Positions 62,411 to 64,000 of a stretch of DNA of 64,000 nt are shown here, piece by piece (position 1 is the first letter of the stretch; the number at the start of each line of letters is the position of its first letter). A program made the translations under genes and the position numbers. The stretch lies in contig NW_003314276.1 in NCBI RefSeq assembly GCF_000143415.4, positions 1,650,696 through 1,714,695 of the forward strand, read 5' to 3'. Under the pieces are notes generated by a model. The model made no database searches. It was not told the DNA's origin and saw only the letters and a program-made list of their open reading frames with translations. Source of the stretch: Selaginella moellendorffii (lineage: Eukaryota; Plantae; Lycopodiophyta).

Positions 62411-63722
62411 CTTGCTAGTCGCATGCATGCCTCTATCAATAACTGAACATGCATACAACGTTCTTACCGAATGGTGCAATCCAACTAATCCTACACAGGT
62501 CGCTTTAGATCCACTAGAAAGGTCTCTGCATATGCAACTTGAGTCAAAAAATCCGACAAAAGTTGGATAGAAATCGCTGAGACAATTCCTCTGATACCAA
62601 ATGTAGCACACCTGAATTTGGACCCGAACTCCAAGCCTGTTGCGCTACGAAACGAGGGTCCGGTACGATCCCATGAGCACTAGCTCCCCGTATCCAGCAC
62701 CTGCACACAAAATGGTGTCAGACAGAGTCTGGCACAATTTTGGCATACCGGTGGCCTAACGTTAGGAGGAGGGTACTCCACCGACTAGAGCAGCGTGGTG
62801 CTTGGGCTTAGACCCAAGCTGGACGCAGAACAAGGAGCGACACAGCCCAGTGGGAGCCAAACTAATGTCTCAGGTGGTTGGACATGCATTCCAACCACAG
62901 CCCCCCCCCCCCTCTTGAGTTTTGGGCTTTCACCCCAAGCCACCCTTAGTACCAGGAGTTAGTCTCTGGGACAATTCCAAAACTTACTAAATATGGAATG
63001 GCTTTATATTGCGAATTTGGACACGGGAAAAACACCATTGTGTTCAGGCCGATCTCTACATTCCGTAGATATGCCAAATGAGCTAATCCAGACATTTTCC
63101 ATAAATAGCACTTGGGACCAAAATGAGACTAACACAAAGGGCGTGATAGCGAGGGTATTTGGCAGACACGGTAGGGACTAGTCTCAATACGCGAGGGTTC
63201 TTGCCAAGCCAGTGCAAGACAGAGCGAAAGAGAACTAAGAGTCAGGCCGAGAATGCTCAGCTAGAAACACATAGGAGTTCCTACCTTATGTTCATCTGGC
63301 TAAGTACAGATGCTAAGCCTAGTAAATTAACACTTGGACAAGAGGGGCTATTGATGGAAACTAGCAGTACCGACCTCCTGCCGTCATGGCAGTAAGGAAA
63401 GAGTGCCCGTAAGGACTAGCCGACAAGTATCTTTCAATACCTGAAGTCACATTTGCGACAATAAGCTAGATAAAAAATGGTTAATTCAATGTAAATGCAT
63501 ACAATAGTGAGTGGTGGTTATTTTCCAGCACATCTAAATGCTACTTATATATTATATGATTTTATAACTATTCCTAACTACTTCTCGCTTGTCTATGACA
63601 AACATTACCTAAATTGGGTCTTTTTTCTTTTCTAAACTTAAGTGTAACTCTATTTTGCTTAAGCTTCCTTATTTTTCTTTGCTTGGGAAGATATACAAAA
63701 TAAAATAGTTACTTCTTCATCA

Positions 63723-64000
63723 TGTGTGGAAACAGTTCTTCTAATTTAGCTAGAATTGCCAACCTTTACAACATCCACTATGGCTTTTACTATAAGCACT
63801 ATGGACCAACTTGAACATCAACATAATCAGCTTTTAGCTTTAAATGTGTTTTGACCTGTTACAACTCTAGTGTAGCAACAGCAACATACTTTACAACAAG
63901 CATATATGTGTGGTGAGTGCTTCTAAGAGGGTGACTTAGTGAAGATCTTTGACTCTAAGACTTTACATCATCCCAAACTTGCTACTCCATAACTGGGACT
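63723..64000 (+). mobile_element. Ty3/gypsy integrase remnant (oldest layer), right part
   Basis: Resumes the YG-VETVL-LELP frame broken at 45288. Confidence 0.65.

Larger units (their letters stand above)
56060..63460 (-). mobile_element. Ty3/gypsy chromovirus, full-length structure but defective; 5' LTR 62602-63460, 3' LTR 56060-56977
   Basis: TG..CA LTRs; PBS TGGTATCAGAG (tRNA-iMet) at 62589-62599; PPT at 56978-56990; flanks ATAA/ATAA; domain order gag-PR-RT-RH-INT-chromodomain. Confidence 0.96.
45289..63722 (-). mobile_element. Old full-length Ty3/gypsy non-chromovirus (Tat/Athila-like) element; 3' LTR 45289-45724, 5' LTR 55876-63722 interrupted by the chromovirus
   Basis: The two LTRs match (TGA(A/G)TAAGGCTTTTTT..CTTCATCA); TSD GGTGT/TGTGT; PPT at 45725-45731; degenerate PBS ~55853-55870; protease (54286-54765), RT (53210-53515, FMNDF), RNase H (52523-52852) and integrase remnants (~49650-50400). 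Confidence 0.8.

Overview
Eukaryotic plant genomic DNA. Very short 46-68 bp introns and the gene content suggest a lycophyte such as Selaginella (inference). There are two 100-N gaps (14056-14155, 44038-44137). Three zones are visible. (1) 1-26.6 kb: two degenerate minus-strand Helitron RepHel regions with matching 5' termini (26590 and 14781) joined head-to-tail at a hairpin-CTAG|TC junction (14781/14782). Between the termini lies host-derived sequence: a WEE1 pseudogene, two broken F-box copies, an intact 5-exon CYP72-clan P450, a PHD fragment and inverted copies of the 5' region of the neighbouring ABI5/ABF gene. (2) 28-39 kb gene island: an F-box remnant, an ABI5/ABF-type bZIP, a degenerate and an apparently intact kinesin-1 (PSS1/KIN1-like) duplicate, and between the two a secreted hevein(CBM18)-proline-jacalin chimeric lectin. 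(3) 40-64 kb: nested Ty3/gypsy retrotransposons four levels deep, ending in a 674-bp TRIM that has A-box/B-box-like motifs straddling its PBS. Solo LTRs of the TRIM and of a chromovirus-related family occur elsewhere in the window. Coordinates of degenerate features are approximate; all alignments were done by eye.
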